Shown here piece by piece: positions 41,410 through 50,379 of a stretch of DNA of 64,000 nt. Made by a program: the position numbers and the translations under genes. How positions within the stretch are numbered: the first letter of the stretch is position 1; every line of letters begins with the position of its first letter. The stretch comes from Patescibacteria group bacterium (lineage in GTDB: Bacteria; Patescibacteriota; Minisyncoccia; Phycocordibacterales; Phycocordibacteraceae): NCBI GenBank assembly GCA_019744845.1, contig JAIETW010000001.1:482859-546858 (forward strand), in the 5' to 3' direction. The notes beneath the pieces were generated by a model, which saw only the letters and a program-made list of their open reading frames with translations, did no database searches and had not been told where the DNA came from.

Positions 41410-41472
41410 TTGACGACCCATCGGGCAAATAGTATGATTGCCCACGTACCAAAGGCCCGCAGGGCTTTTTTA
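41410..41472 (+). promoter_or_regulatory. Putative sigma-70 promoter and short leader hairpin upstream of secE-nusG-rplK
   Basis: -35 TTGACG (41410-41415), 17-bp spacer, -10 TATGAT (41433-41438). The leader contains GGCCC-GCA-GGGCT plus TTTTTTA (41454-41472), which could be an attenuator or a second terminator. Confidence 0.35.
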
Positions 41473-41480
41473 TTTGGACT

Positions 41481-41663
41481 ATGAAATCATTCTTCACCTA
41501 TCTCAAGAATGTGCGCGCAGAATTGGAGCACGTCGTGTGGCCGAAGCCTCGCACGGCAGTGGGGCACACCATTCTTATTCTTGTTATTTCCGCCGTCACT
41601 GCGGCGTTCCTTGCGTTGCTTGACTATCTCTTCACGAGCGGCGTCGGCACCCTTATCCGCTAA
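41481..41663 (+). CDS. secE: Preprotein translocase subunit SecE
   Basis: 60-aa single-TM protein immediately upstream of nusG. The AELEHVVWP pattern resembles the SecE KEVxWP motif. Confidence 0.8.
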   Translation: MKSFFTYLKNVRAELEHVVWPKPRTAVGHTILILVISAVTAAFLALLDYLFTSGVGTLIR

Positions 41664-41674
41664 TCGTCTGTCCT

Positions 41675-42244
41675 ATGGATACTCGCACCTCTCCACAATT
41701 CTCCGAAGACGCGATTAACCTTGAGCCACGTTGGTACACCATCCATACCTACGCGGGCTACGAGAATGCCGTTGAGCGTAATTTGAAGCAGCGCATTGAG
41801 TCTCTTGGCATGGAAGGGAAGATTTTTGAAGTCGTCGTTCCTACCGAGAAGAAGATTCGCGTAAAAGGCGGTAAGCGTATCGTAGAAGAAGAGAAAATCT
41901 ACCCTGGCTACATCCTCGTGAAGATGATCGTAGACGAGGATTCTTGGTTTGTGGTTCGTAACACTCCTCGCGTGACCGGCTTCGTCGGTTCTGGCACCAC
42001 CCCGGTTCCTATGGAGGAATCAGAAGTCGCCACTCTTATGAAGCGCATGGATGCAGAAGCACCCAAGCACCGTATTGATCTTGCCAAGGATGATCCAGTT
42101 ATCATCGCTGACGGTCCCTTCAAGGATCTTGAAGGAAAGGTGGGCGAAGTGGATGAGGAACGTGGCAAGGTCAAAGTCATGGTTGCCATGTTCGGTCGCG
42201 AGACCCCTGTGGAACTAGACTTCTTGCAGGTTCGTAAGCTCTAG
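41675..42244 (+). CDS. nusG: Transcription termination/antitermination factor NusG
   Basis: NGN domain (WYTIHTYAGYENAVERNL) and C-terminal KOW motif. Canonical secE-nusG-rplK order. Confidence 0.9.
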   Translation: MDTRTSPQFSEDAINLEPRWYTIHTYAGYENAVERNLKQRIESLGMEGKIFEVVVPTEKKIRVKGGKRIVEEEKIYPGYILVKMIVDEDSWFVVRNTPRVTGFVGSGTTPVPMEESEVATLMKRMDAEAPKHRIDLAKDDPVIIADGPFKDLEGKVGEVDEERGKVKVMVAMFGRETPVELDFLQVRKL

Positions 42245-42261
42245 CGTAAAGTCACATAACT

Positions 42262-42681
42262 ATGCCAAAAGTAGTAAAGAAAATTAAGCTCCAGATTCCC
42301 GCAGGAAAGGCCACCCCGGCCCCTCCAGTCGGTACCGTACTTGGTCCCGCAGGTGTGAACATTGGAGATTTCGTTAACAAATTTAACGAGGCCACCAAGG
42401 ACAAGATGGGGGACATCATCCCAGTAGACCTTTCCGTCTACGAGGACCGTACCTTCAGCTTCGTTCTTAAGACCCCTCCTGCATCTCGCCTTATTTTGAA
42501 GATCCTTGGAATTGAGAAGGGATCCCAGAAGCCAGGAGGCAAGAAAGCTGCAACGCTTACGAAGGCCCAGGTTCGTCAGATTTCTGAACAGAAGATGCCT
42601 GACCTAAACGCCGCCTCTCCTGAAGCCGCCGACCGAATCATTGAAGGAACGGCCCGCTCAATGGGAATAGACGTAAAGTAA
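42262..42681 (+). CDS. rplK: 50S ribosomal protein L11
   Basis: [42 protein letters not shown] matches the L11 consensus. Confidence 0.95.
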   Translation: MPKVVKKIKLQIPAGKATPAPPVGTVLGPAGVNIGDFVNKFNEATKDKMGDIIPVDLSVYEDRTFSFVLKTPPASRLILKILGIEKGSQKPGGKKAATLTKAQVRQISEQKMPDLNAASPEAADRIIEGTARSMGIDVK

Positions 42682-42688
42682 GCAAAAG

Positions 42689-42712
42689 CCCCGCCTCAAG
42701 CGGGGTTTTTTC
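42689..42712 (+). terminator. Rho-independent terminator after rplK
   Basis: CCCCGC-CTCAA-GCGGGG hairpin followed by TTTTTTC. No rplA follows. Confidence 0.7.
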
Positions 42713-42729
42713 TTGTGTAGAATACGCAT

Positions 42730-43545
42730 ATGGCTCTAGAGTCTTTCTCCTCAGCAGAAACCGGACCACTCTCAAAAGAAGAGATTGCTGCAGTGTTTGA
42801 AGAAGCACGCGTGATGAATCTCCTCTTCCCGCAGGCCATCCAGGGCATTGCCATGGTGATGATTGGAGAGTTGCTCAACTCTCCGAACCCAGAGCGCATG
42901 CTCCGTCGCTTCGCAAGTACACGACTTCCTGAGCCCTTGGCAGAAAAATATGGAGACCATGGCACTGCGGCGCATATCGCACGCGGATTTACCCGAGAGG
43001 TAGGGGCGCTCGGTGGCGCATGGTTGTGGGAGCGGGAGAAAGTAACTTTGTTTGCTATTCTTGCGCGCGTTTTTCTTTCTCGTGAAGATCGGCAACAGCT
43101 TCATATAGACAGCCCGCGCATTAAAGAGATAGGAAGAATGCTCCAGCACGTGATACACAGCTCTGGAAAGTTTGAAGACGGCCCTCAGTTTAATGAGGCA
43201 GGTATTACTGAACTCTGCAAAGTCCTCTCTGCGCGCATGTCCGCCGATAAAGAGGGAGTAGCTGCACTGCAAGCATACGCCCCGCTAGTTAAAGAAGCGC
43301 TTGAAACTTTGACTGACAAACTTACGGTGTATAGAGAAGGGTTCGCTCCGATTGTGAAACGACGTGACCTCACAGGAGACATCCATACCTATTTTGCGCA
43401 AACGGATGCACACGTGCGTCCAATGCTAGACCAGGCCCTTGATGCCACTGAAACTCTTTTGAAAGAAAAAGAAATGCCGCAGGCTCTCAAGCGCCGCGTA
43501 GAGCTCCTCATCAATATTCTTAAGACGCAGTATTTTGAGCACTAG
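42730..43545 (+). CDS. Hypothetical protein (271 aa) occupying the position where rplA is expected
   Basis: Soluble, helical, no recognised motif. Not ribosomal protein L1. Confidence 0.45.
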   Translation: MALESFSSAETGPLSKEEIAAVFEEARVMNLLFPQAIQGIAMVMIGELLNSPNPERMLRRFASTRLPEPLAEKYGDHGTAAHIARGFTREVGALGGAWLWEREKVTLFAILARVFLSREDRQQLHIDSPRIKEIGRMLQHVIHSSGKFEDGPQFNEAGITELCKVLSARMSADKEGVAALQAYAPLVKEALETLTDKLTVYREGFAPIVKRRDLTGDIHTYFAQTDAHVRPMLDQALDATETLLKEKEMPQALKRRVELLINILKTQYFEH

Positions 43546-44030
43546 CGCTCAAGAGTGAGATACGTATACGGAGGATTGTGATCTAGATGGGGGACTTCTT
43601 CTACGACTTTCGTAAATTCTCCGTAGTCAGGGAAGAACACATCACCAGGAGAATCGTCGTGTACGAGGGTCAGGTACAGGCGGTCAGTATAAGGGAACGC
43701 ATCCTTGAAGATGCCACAGCCGCCAATGATATAGATCTCTTCGGAACCTGGGGAATTCTTTGCTGCTTCTATTGCAGCCTCTACGGAAGATACGACGACT
43801 GCACCCGGCGCCTCGTACTCAGGGTTACGAGTGACGACAATGTTCGTGCGCTTTGGAAGGGGGCGGCGCTCAGCGGGAAGGGATTCCCACGTCTTACGTC
43901 CCATGATGATGGGGTGGTTACGGGTGAAGTTGCGGAAGCGCTCCAAGTCTTCAGGGATGTCCCAGACCAAATCATTATCCTTCCCTAGGACTTTCGTGTG
44001 CGCTCCAATAGCGGCAATGGCAGCAATCAT
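43542..44030 (-). CDS. folA: Dihydrofolate reductase
   Basis: MIAAIAAIGAHTKVLGKDNDLVWDIPEDLERFRNFTRNHPIIMGRKTWESLP matches the DHFR signature, including the GRKT region. Confidence 0.9.
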   Translation of the reverse strand: MIAAIAAIGAHTKVLGKDNDLVWDIPEDLERFRNFTRNHPIIMGRKTWESLPAERRPLPKRTNIVVTRNPEYEAPGAVVVSSVEAAIEAAKNSPGSEEIYIIGGCGIFKDAFPYTDRLYLTLVHDDSPGDVFFPDYGEFTKVVEEVPHLDHNPPYTYLTLER

Positions 44031-44482
44031 GATTTCAAGATATCACGCGCATGCGTCTCATACACAAAGAGCTGTTCTCCTTCTGAAACGCAGACATAAT
44101 CTACTGGCTGGTCCCATGGCTGCCGCAGAAGGGGAGCCTCTGAGAACTGGGATGGATAGCAAAAGCCGACGCGAAGCCAATTCTTTGGAAGGTATCCAAG
44201 AAAACGGTCATACCAGCCACCACCTCTGCCGTGTCGTGTACCGAGTGCATCAAAGGCACGACCAGGCACGAAGACTACAACGGGAGTGTCTTTGAACGCG
44301 ACACGCACCGCCTTTGCTTCTTCTTCAGGGTTGAGAGAAGCCCGAGGAGTGACGGTGTGCGTGGGTGCTTGCTTTGGAAGAGAAATATAATCCAAGAATG
44401 GTACCTCCGTCTTTAACGGAACGTACGTAACAAAAGCGCCATAGGCGCTTAGGACAACTGCTATTTTGACTTCTTGTGCCAC
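44027..44482 (-). CDS. 5-formyltetrahydrofolate cyclo-ligase (MTHFS)
   Basis: GTRHGRGGGWYDRFL matches the MTHFS G-x-G-G-G-Y-Y-D-R signature. 151 aa. Confidence 0.8.
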   Translation of the reverse strand: MAQEVKIAVVLSAYGAFVTYVPLKTEVPFLDYISLPKQAPTHTVTPRASLNPEEEAKAVRVAFKDTPVVVFVPGRAFDALGTRHGRGGGWYDRFLGYLPKNWLRVGFCYPSQFSEAPLLRQPWDQPVDYVCVSEGEQLFVYETHARDILKS

Positions 44483-45159
44483 GATTGTTTCTTTTTAATA
44501 TCGCGATCCTTCCAGAGTTTCGGAAGCATCATGTCCGGCTTCCACTCCTTCTTAAGGCGGGAAAGCTCCGTTGAGCTCTGGTACTTACCGGCCGCTGCGT
44601 AGTCTTTCTTCAAGATAGGGCCAGTTTCAAAGAAGACGATCTGTGCGATACGACGTCCGACCACGAGAGGAATGATGTAGTGGCGAGAAGAGTTTGAGAT
44701 CTCCATAGTCCAGCGGTTGATGTAGCCGACGTCACCCCACCCCGCACACTTACAGACGTTAATGAAGTCGCGGGCAAGAGACGAGCGCGCCTTCATCATA
44801 GTCGTGACGGTGTCGCGTCCACCGATGAATTCATTCGTGTGCGCAAGGATGGTTTCTCCCGGCTCAAGAAGAATCACCTTGTCGTCAGGGCGAATCCCAT
44901 CAAAGTCAAAGTTGAAGTCGCTCAAACAATCCTTCGCATAGTCAGCACGATGTGGCTCGGTGCCCCAGATAAGTTCGGTGTCTTTCTTGCTGTAGAGGTT
45001 GAAGAGATTCTTGTAGCGCTTTGGCTTCTGTTCTCGGTAGAACCATTCACCAAGCGTGACGTCCATGGAGGACGTACAAAGATTTTCCTTATCAAAGGGC
45101 TCAATCACAATAGAACCCGCCCTCATGTGTTCAAGAATCTTTTTGTCCGAAAGTGCCAT
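44461..45159 (-). CDS. dcd: dCTP deaminase family protein (dUTPase superfamily)
   Basis: N-terminus MALSDKKILEHMRAGSIVIEP and the jelly-roll dUTPase-like motifs ARSSLAR and AGWGDVGY. C-terminal basic extension. Confidence 0.75.
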   Translation of the reverse strand: MALSDKKILEHMRAGSIVIEPFDKENLCTSSMDVTLGEWFYREQKPKRYKNLFNLYSKKDTELIWGTEPHRADYAKDCLSDFNFDFDGIRPDDKVILLEPGETILAHTNEFIGGRDTVTTMMKARSSLARDFINVCKCAGWGDVGYINRWTMEISNSSRHYIIPLVVGRRIAQIVFFETGPILKKDYAAAGKYQSSTELSRLKKEWKPDMMLPKLWKDRDIKKKQSWHKKSK

Positions 45160-45169
45160 AGTCCGAGGA

Positions 45170-46003
45170 TTATACCGCCATAGGGGCCTTAATAGTAGGG
45201 TGGGATTCGTAGTTTTCCAGCTTGATGTCGTCCATGGTGAACTTATCTATGTCTTTGATTTCAGGATTGAGCCAGAGGGTAGGGGAGGCGAGGGGTTCAC
45301 GAGTCAGCTGCTCCTTTACGGCATCAAAGTGGTTCTTATATATATGTGCATCGCCAAGCACGTGCACGAATTCTCCCGGCTTGTATCCCGTTACCTGCGC
45401 CACCATCATCAAGAAGAGGGAATAGGAGGCGATGTTAAACGGTACGCCAAGGAACATGTCACAGCTGCGCTGATACATCTGCATAGAGAGGCGACCATCG
45501 GCGACAAAAAACTGGAACATGACGTGGCAGGGAGGAAGCGCCATCTGATCAAGCTCTCCAGGATTCCAGGCAGAGACAATAAGACGACGTGAAGTAGGGT
45601 CAGTCTTTATGCGCTCTATCACTTCCTTAATCTGATCTACGGTCCCACCATCAGGCTTCTGCCAACTCCGCCATTGCACACCATAGATACGACCGAGATC
45701 CCCTGGGAATTTTGCTTTTGGTTTCCAGTAATCTGCCTCTGCGTTGTCGGTCCAGATCGTGCGCTCACTTCCGTTCAGTTCCTTGAGACGGTTGTCGTCG
45801 TTGCTTCCCTCAAGAAACCAGAGAAGTTCACTCTTAACTGCTTTAAAGGCAAGTTTCTTCGTCGTAATAGCGGGGAAGCCGTGTGCCAGATCAAAGCGCA
45901 TCTGAAACCCAAAAAGGCCACGAGTACCAACCCCTGTACGATCATTGCGGTCTACTCCCTCTTCGTAGATTTTACGGAGGCTATGTAGATAGGGCTGTTC
46001 CAT
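45170..46003 (-). CDS. thyA: Thymidylate synthase
   Basis: [37 protein letters not shown] and the active-site Cys region [11 protein letters not shown] are canonical ThyA motifs. Confidence 0.95.
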   Translation of the reverse strand: MEQPYLHSLRKIYEEGVDRNDRTGVGTRGLFGFQMRFDLAHGFPAITTKKLAFKAVKSELLWFLEGSNDDNRLKELNGSERTIWTDNAEADYWKPKAKFPGDLGRIYGVQWRSWQKPDGGTVDQIKEVIERIKTDPTSRRLIVSAWNPGELDQMALPPCHVMFQFFVADGRLSMQMYQRSCDMFLGVPFNIASYSLFLMMVAQVTGYKPGEFVHVLGDAHIYKNHFDAVKEQLTREPLASPTLWLNPEIKDIDKFTMDDIKLENYESHPTIKAPMAV

Positions 46004-46023
46004 ACAGGCAGTATACTAGGGGT

Positions 46024-46707
46024 ATGAAAAAAGGGGTGTTTATAGTCCTTGACGGTAATGATGGCTCTGGTAAGGCGACCCAAACCAGACTTTTGGCTGA
46101 GCGCCTCACAAAGGAAAAGGTACCACTTGAGACCTTTGATTTCCCAAGCTACAACCGCAATTTCTTTGGCACGATGCTCGCCGATTGTTTGTCGGGGAAG
46201 TGCGGAGATTTCGTACACTTAGACCCCAAGATCGCATCTACTTTGTATGCACTTGACCGCTTTGAAGAGACACCACGTATTAAACGAGCGCTCTCAGATG
46301 GGAAGGTGGTAATTACTGACCGCTTCTCTTCGTCGAACCAGATACACCAAGGAGGAAAGATAGAAGACACTAAGGCGAGAGAGGAGTTCCTCATCTGGCT
46401 TGATGGTATGGAACACACGACGCTTGGCATCCCACGCCCTGACGCGGTGCTGTACTTTGATGTGCCGCTGGAGATTAGCCTTGCCCTTCTTGAGGAGAAG
46501 CGGGCAGTAAAGAACGCGGGGGTAGAGGGGAAAGACCAGGTAGAGCAAGATCGCCAGTACCTCGCCCAGAGCTATGAGGCTGCCAAGTGGCTTGCGAGCC
46601 GCCAGCCAAACTGGCATGTGATCCAATGTGCGGAGAATGGGGTGATGCGGAGCCGGGAGGCAATCCACGAGGACGTCTATAGAGTAGTGTCGGGGCTTCT
46701 AGTATAA
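46024..46707 (+). CDS. tmk: Thymidylate kinase
   Basis: P-loop FIVLDGNDGSGKATQ and the DRF motif (ITDRFSSS). Start at internal ATG 46024. The upstream part of the ORF-track ORF is antisense to thyA. Confidence 0.9.
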   Translation: MKKGVFIVLDGNDGSGKATQTRLLAERLTKEKVPLETFDFPSYNRNFFGTMLADCLSGKCGDFVHLDPKIASTLYALDRFEETPRIKRALSDGKVVITDRFSSSNQIHQGGKIEDTKAREEFLIWLDGMEHTTLGIPRPDAVLYFDVPLEISLALLEEKRAVKNAGVEGKDQVEQDRQYLAQSYEAAKWLASRQPNWHVIQCAENGVMRSREAIHEDVYRVVSGLLV

Positions 46708-46739
46708 TTAGGCATTAGAAGATTAGCGGTTCCCATACC

Positions 46740-48005
46740 ATGTCCAGTTACGAGCACGTGAAGCGTGACGATCCGGAAATTTACCGGGCCCTAGAGGGAG
46801 AAGAGAGGCGTGAACGGGAGGGCCTTGAGCTTATCCCTTCAGAGAACTATGTATCACTCGCCGTACGCGAAGTGATGGGTTCCGTGTTCACAAACAAGTA
46901 CTCGGAAGGGTACCCAGGCAAGCGCTACTACGGCGGGCAGCAGTACACCGACGTCATAGAGGACCTTGCACGCGAACGTGCGAAGAAACTCTTCAACGCA
47001 GGGTTTGCAAACGTGCAGCCACACGCTGGTGCTCCGGCAAACGTTGCAATGTACTTCGCACTCCTTGAGCCGGGGGACACGATTCTCGGTATGGATCTCT
47101 CCCACGGTGGACACCTCACGCACGGGCACCCCGTGACCTATCTCACGAAGATCTTCAACTTCGTGCGATACAAAATGAAGAACATTGAGACGGGAGAAAT
47201 TGATTACGATGAGATGCTAGAGGTGGCGAAGCGTGAGAAGCCAAAGATGCTTCTTGCAGGGTACTCTGCGTATCCTCGCGAGCTTGATTACACAAAATTT
47301 GTATCTATCGCGCGCGAAGTCGGGGCAATCGCCGTCATGGATGTGGCGCACATTGCGGGGCTCATCGCCGGAAAGGCAGTGAAGAATCCATTTGATTACG
47401 GCTTTGATGTGATGACTACCACGACGCACAAGACACTTCGTGGTCCTCGTGGCGGCATGATCCTCACCCGTGAAGACGCGGACGTTGCAAAGAAGATTGA
47501 TAAGTCTGTGTTCCCTGGATTCCAGGGCGGTCCTTTGATGCACATGATTGCCGCAAAGGCAGTGTGTTTCGGGGAAGCACTTACGCCACAGTTTGAGACC
47601 TACGCCAAGCAGGTGATTGTGAATGCGTCTGCCATGGCGGATGTATTCCTTGAGGATGGTGCACGCCTTATTACGGGCGGCACCTCTAACCACCTCATCC
47701 TTGCGGATGTGTGGGGCTCCTACGAAATCTCAGGACATGATGCAGAGACTCTCCTTGATCGTGCAGGTATTACGCTTAACAAGAACTCCATTGCTGACGA
47801 TACACGTAAGCCAATGGACCCATCTGGTATCCGCTTCGGTACGCCTGCGATCACCACTCGTGGATTCAAGGAAGCAGAGTGTATCCGCATTGCAGAACTC
47901 ATGATTGAGATCTTGAAGAAGCGTGATGATGCGACGGTAGAGGCCGCACGTGCAGAAGTGCAGACCATGGCTGAGAAGCACCCAGTACCAGAATCATTCG
48001 TCTAA
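46740..48005 (+). CDS. glyA: Serine hydroxymethyltransferase
   Basis: LELIPSENYVS. PLP-lysine region TTTTHKTLRGPRGG. 421 aa. Confidence 0.95.
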   Translation: MSSYEHVKRDDPEIYRALEGEERREREGLELIPSENYVSLAVREVMGSVFTNKYSEGYPGKRYYGGQQYTDVIEDLARERAKKLFNAGFANVQPHAGAPANVAMYFALLEPGDTILGMDLSHGGHLTHGHPVTYLTKIFNFVRYKMKNIETGEIDYDEMLEVAKREKPKMLLAGYSAYPRELDYTKFVSIAREVGAIAVMDVAHIAGLIAGKAVKNPFDYGFDVMTTTTHKTLRGPRGGMILTREDADVAKKIDKSVFPGFQGGPLMHMIAAKAVCFGEALTPQFETYAKQVIVNASAMADVFLEDGARLITGGTSNHLILADVWGSYEISGHDAETLLDRAGITLNKNSIADDTRKPMDPSGIRFGTPAITTRGFKEAECIRIAELMIEILKKRDDATVEAARAEVQTMAEKHPVPESFV

Positions 48006-48382
48006 TGAAGATTCGGAAGGCCAACGGACTTGATGGGGCCGCCATCAGGAACTTGATACGACTGTATCCAGGGAAGTTGATACAAGAACATCTTCCTCGT
48101 ACGGGAGAGTTCTTTGTTGCCATTGAAGGGAAGAAGATTGTCGGCTGTTGTGCACTTGCCGTGTATTCAAAGCGGCTCGCAGAGATTCGTTCGCTTGCAG
48201 TTGATCCGAACTTCCAAGGGAAGGGGATAGGACGCGCACTCGTGGATGCGTGCATGAAAGAGGCAAAGCGTCGCAAAGTATACGAGGTACTTTCAGTCAC
48301 CGGCGCCAAGGAGCTTTTTGAGAAGCATGGCTTCAACACCTTCAATCAGGAGAAATACGCGATGATTCGGGTCCTTGGATAG
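48005..48382 (+). CDS. GNAT-family N-acetyltransferase
   Basis: Acetyl-CoA-binding motif QGKGIGRALV (Q/RxxGxG/A). 125 aa. Confidence 0.7.
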   Translation: MKIRKANGLDGAAIRNLIRLYPGKLIQEHLPRTGEFFVAIEGKKIVGCCALAVYSKRLAEIRSLAVDPNFQGKGIGRALVDACMKEAKRRKVYEVLSVTGAKELFEKHGFNTFNQEKYAMIRVLG

Positions 48383-48404
48383 GCCCGTTTGCTATACTCC
48401 CTGC

Positions 48405-50048
48405 ATGGAAACGCGCATCAAAGATGCCGTGAGAAACGCTCTTCTGGCGCTCGGCGCGCCGGAGCTTCCATTTGCCGTAGAGCGCCCGGGAGATCACGCG
48501 CATGGAGATTACGCGGTAAATGCCGCACTCGTTGCCGCTAAGGTGCTCGGGAAGAATCCTAAGGAAGTGGCGGATGCACTTGCGACTGAACTTACCAAGG
48601 CGCTTGGAGATTCGGTCACTCGCGTGAGTGTCGCCGGTCCTGGTTTCATCAACATCACGCTTGCCCGCTCAGTTATTACGGACGCACTTGAAGAGGCGCA
48701 CACAGAAGAATGGGGGAAGGGAGTGGTGAACGCAGAGAAGAGGGTGATGGTGGAGTTCACCGACCCCAATCCATTTAAGGAGATGCACATTGGGCACCTC
48801 ATGAGCAACGTGATTGGCGAATCAGTCGCGCGTCTTATTGAATACTCGGGGGCTACTGTTGCGCGTGCAAATTATTTCGGTGACGTCGGACCCCACGTCG
48901 CAAAAGCGATCTGGGGATTGAAGCATGCAGGAGTGACAGATCCAGATTCTGCCGCAGAGATTGGCAAAGCATATGCGCATGGATCTCGTTCGTACGAAGA
49001 AAGCGAGAAGGCAAAGGAAGAAATAGACGCACTTAACATCGCGCTCTATAAAGGAGAAGACAGAGAACTCATGGAGTTCTGGCGCAAAGGACGTGCCGTC
49101 TCACTCGACGCGTTTGAAGAGGTGTACAAGACACTCGGCACGAAGTTTGATTACTATTTCCCAGAAAGCGAAGTGGCCGATGATGGCGTGCGACTCGTAC
49201 AGGAAGGAGTAGAGAAGGGGGTGTTTGAAGAGAGTCAGGGCGCCATAATTTTTAATGGTGAGAAGCGAGGCCTTCATACATTGGTGTTCATCACTTCTAA
49301 AGGCACGCCAACCTATGAAGCCAAGGAGCTTGGGCTCGCCTTTGCAAAGGAGGCGCGCTGGCCATCTGACGTATCACTCATTCTCACCGCGGCAGAACAG
49401 GTGGGACATTTTCATGTCGCACTCGCGGCACTCAAAGAGTTTGCGCATGCGCTTGCCGAAAAGACCGCGCATATTCCTCACGGATTCCTACGCCTCACCA
49501 CGGGGAAGATGTCTTCTCGCGAAGGCACGATCGTGACTGCGACCTCACTCATCAACGATATGGTGGCAAAGGCGCAGGAGCGTGCGCAGGATGTGCTTGT
49601 GGCAGAACAGGTCGGCATTGCCGCAATTAAATACATGGTGCTTCGTCAGGCACCGGGAGGTGACATCATTTTCAATCCTGAACAATCACTTTCTCTTGAG
49701 GGAGATTCTGGTCCGTACCTTCAGTACGCACTCGTGCGTGCGACGTCAGTGCTCGCGTCTGCAGAGAAAGAGGGAAGCAGAGAGGACGCACCCGCGGAAC
49801 CGTATCTTATTGAACGTCTCATCTCTCGTTTCCCTGAAGTTGCGGCCCGTGCAGAGCGCGAGCGCTCCCCACATCATGTCGCACAGTATTTGACCACGCT
49901 TGCGGGAGAGTGGAACTCTTTTTATGCGCAGAACCGTATCATTGGAGGAGAGTATGAGCCATACAAATTGTTTGTGGCACGTGCCTTCCAGAACACCATG
50001 AAAAAAGGTCTGTGGCTCCTGGGGATTCCAACTCCAGAGAAGATGTAA
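48405..50048 (+). CDS. argS: Arginine--tRNA ligase
   Basis: HIGH motif (PNPFKEMHIGHLMSNVIGE). Anticodon-binding DALR domain. C-terminal ...IPTPEKM. Start at ATG 48405 (METRIKDAV...). Confidence 0.95.
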   Translation: METRIKDAVRNALLALGAPELPFAVERPGDHAHGDYAVNAALVAAKVLGKNPKEVADALATELTKALGDSVTRVSVAGPGFINITLARSVITDALEEAHTEEWGKGVVNAEKRVMVEFTDPNPFKEMHIGHLMSNVIGESVARLIEYSGATVARANYFGDVGPHVAKAIWGLKHAGVTDPDSAAEIGKAYAHGSRSYEESEKAKEEIDALNIALYKGEDRELMEFWRKGRAVSLDAFEEVYKTLGTKFDYYFPESEVADDGVRLVQEGVEKGVFEESQGAIIFNGEKRGLHTLVFITSKGTPTYEAKELGLAFAKEARWPSDVSLILTAAEQVGHFHVALAALKEFAHALAEKTAHIPHGFLRLTTGKMSSREGTIVTATSLINDMVAKAQERAQDVLVAEQVGIAAIKYMVLRQAPGGDIIFNPEQSLSLEGDSGPYLQYALVRATSVLASAEKEGSREDAPAEPYLIERLISRFPEVAARAERERSPHHVAQYLTTLAGEWNSFYAQNRIIGGEYEPYKLFVARAFQNTMKKGLWLLGIPTPEKM

Positions 50049-50059
50049 TATAGGAGCAT

Positions 50060-50341
50060 ATGAGCGAAGGAATAGAAGCAAAAGGATCAACCACCGAACC
50101 AGTTATTGCGAGCATACGCGATGCGGTCTTATACGCCCGAACGATTGGATACCCTATTCTCGTCCGTCCGTGGGGATGCGATGAGAATTCAGAAAAACTC
50201 TTTCATGTCGTGAACAACGATGAAGAGCTTATCCGCATTCTTCCGGATGCGCTTCGTGACTCAGTTAACCAGGGCCGTGTAGACATGGTGCATCTTACAA
50301 AGGCACAGGAAACGAAGAGCTACATCCCAACGCCTAAATAG
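50060..50341 (+). CDS. Small ORF resembling an isolated ATP-grasp N-terminal fragment (possible gene remnant)
   Basis: AVLYARTIGYPILVRPWG resembles the ATP-grasp A..FA..IGYPVxVRP motif, but only 93 aa. May be a degraded remnant or spurious. Confidence 0.25.
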   Translation: MSEGIEAKGSTTEPVIASIRDAVLYARTIGYPILVRPWGCDENSEKLFHVVNNDEELIRILPDALRDSVNQGRVDMVHLTKAQETKSYIPTPK

Positions 50342-50379
50342 TTTGGGGAACGTCCTTTCCTAGGATAGGATGGACGATT

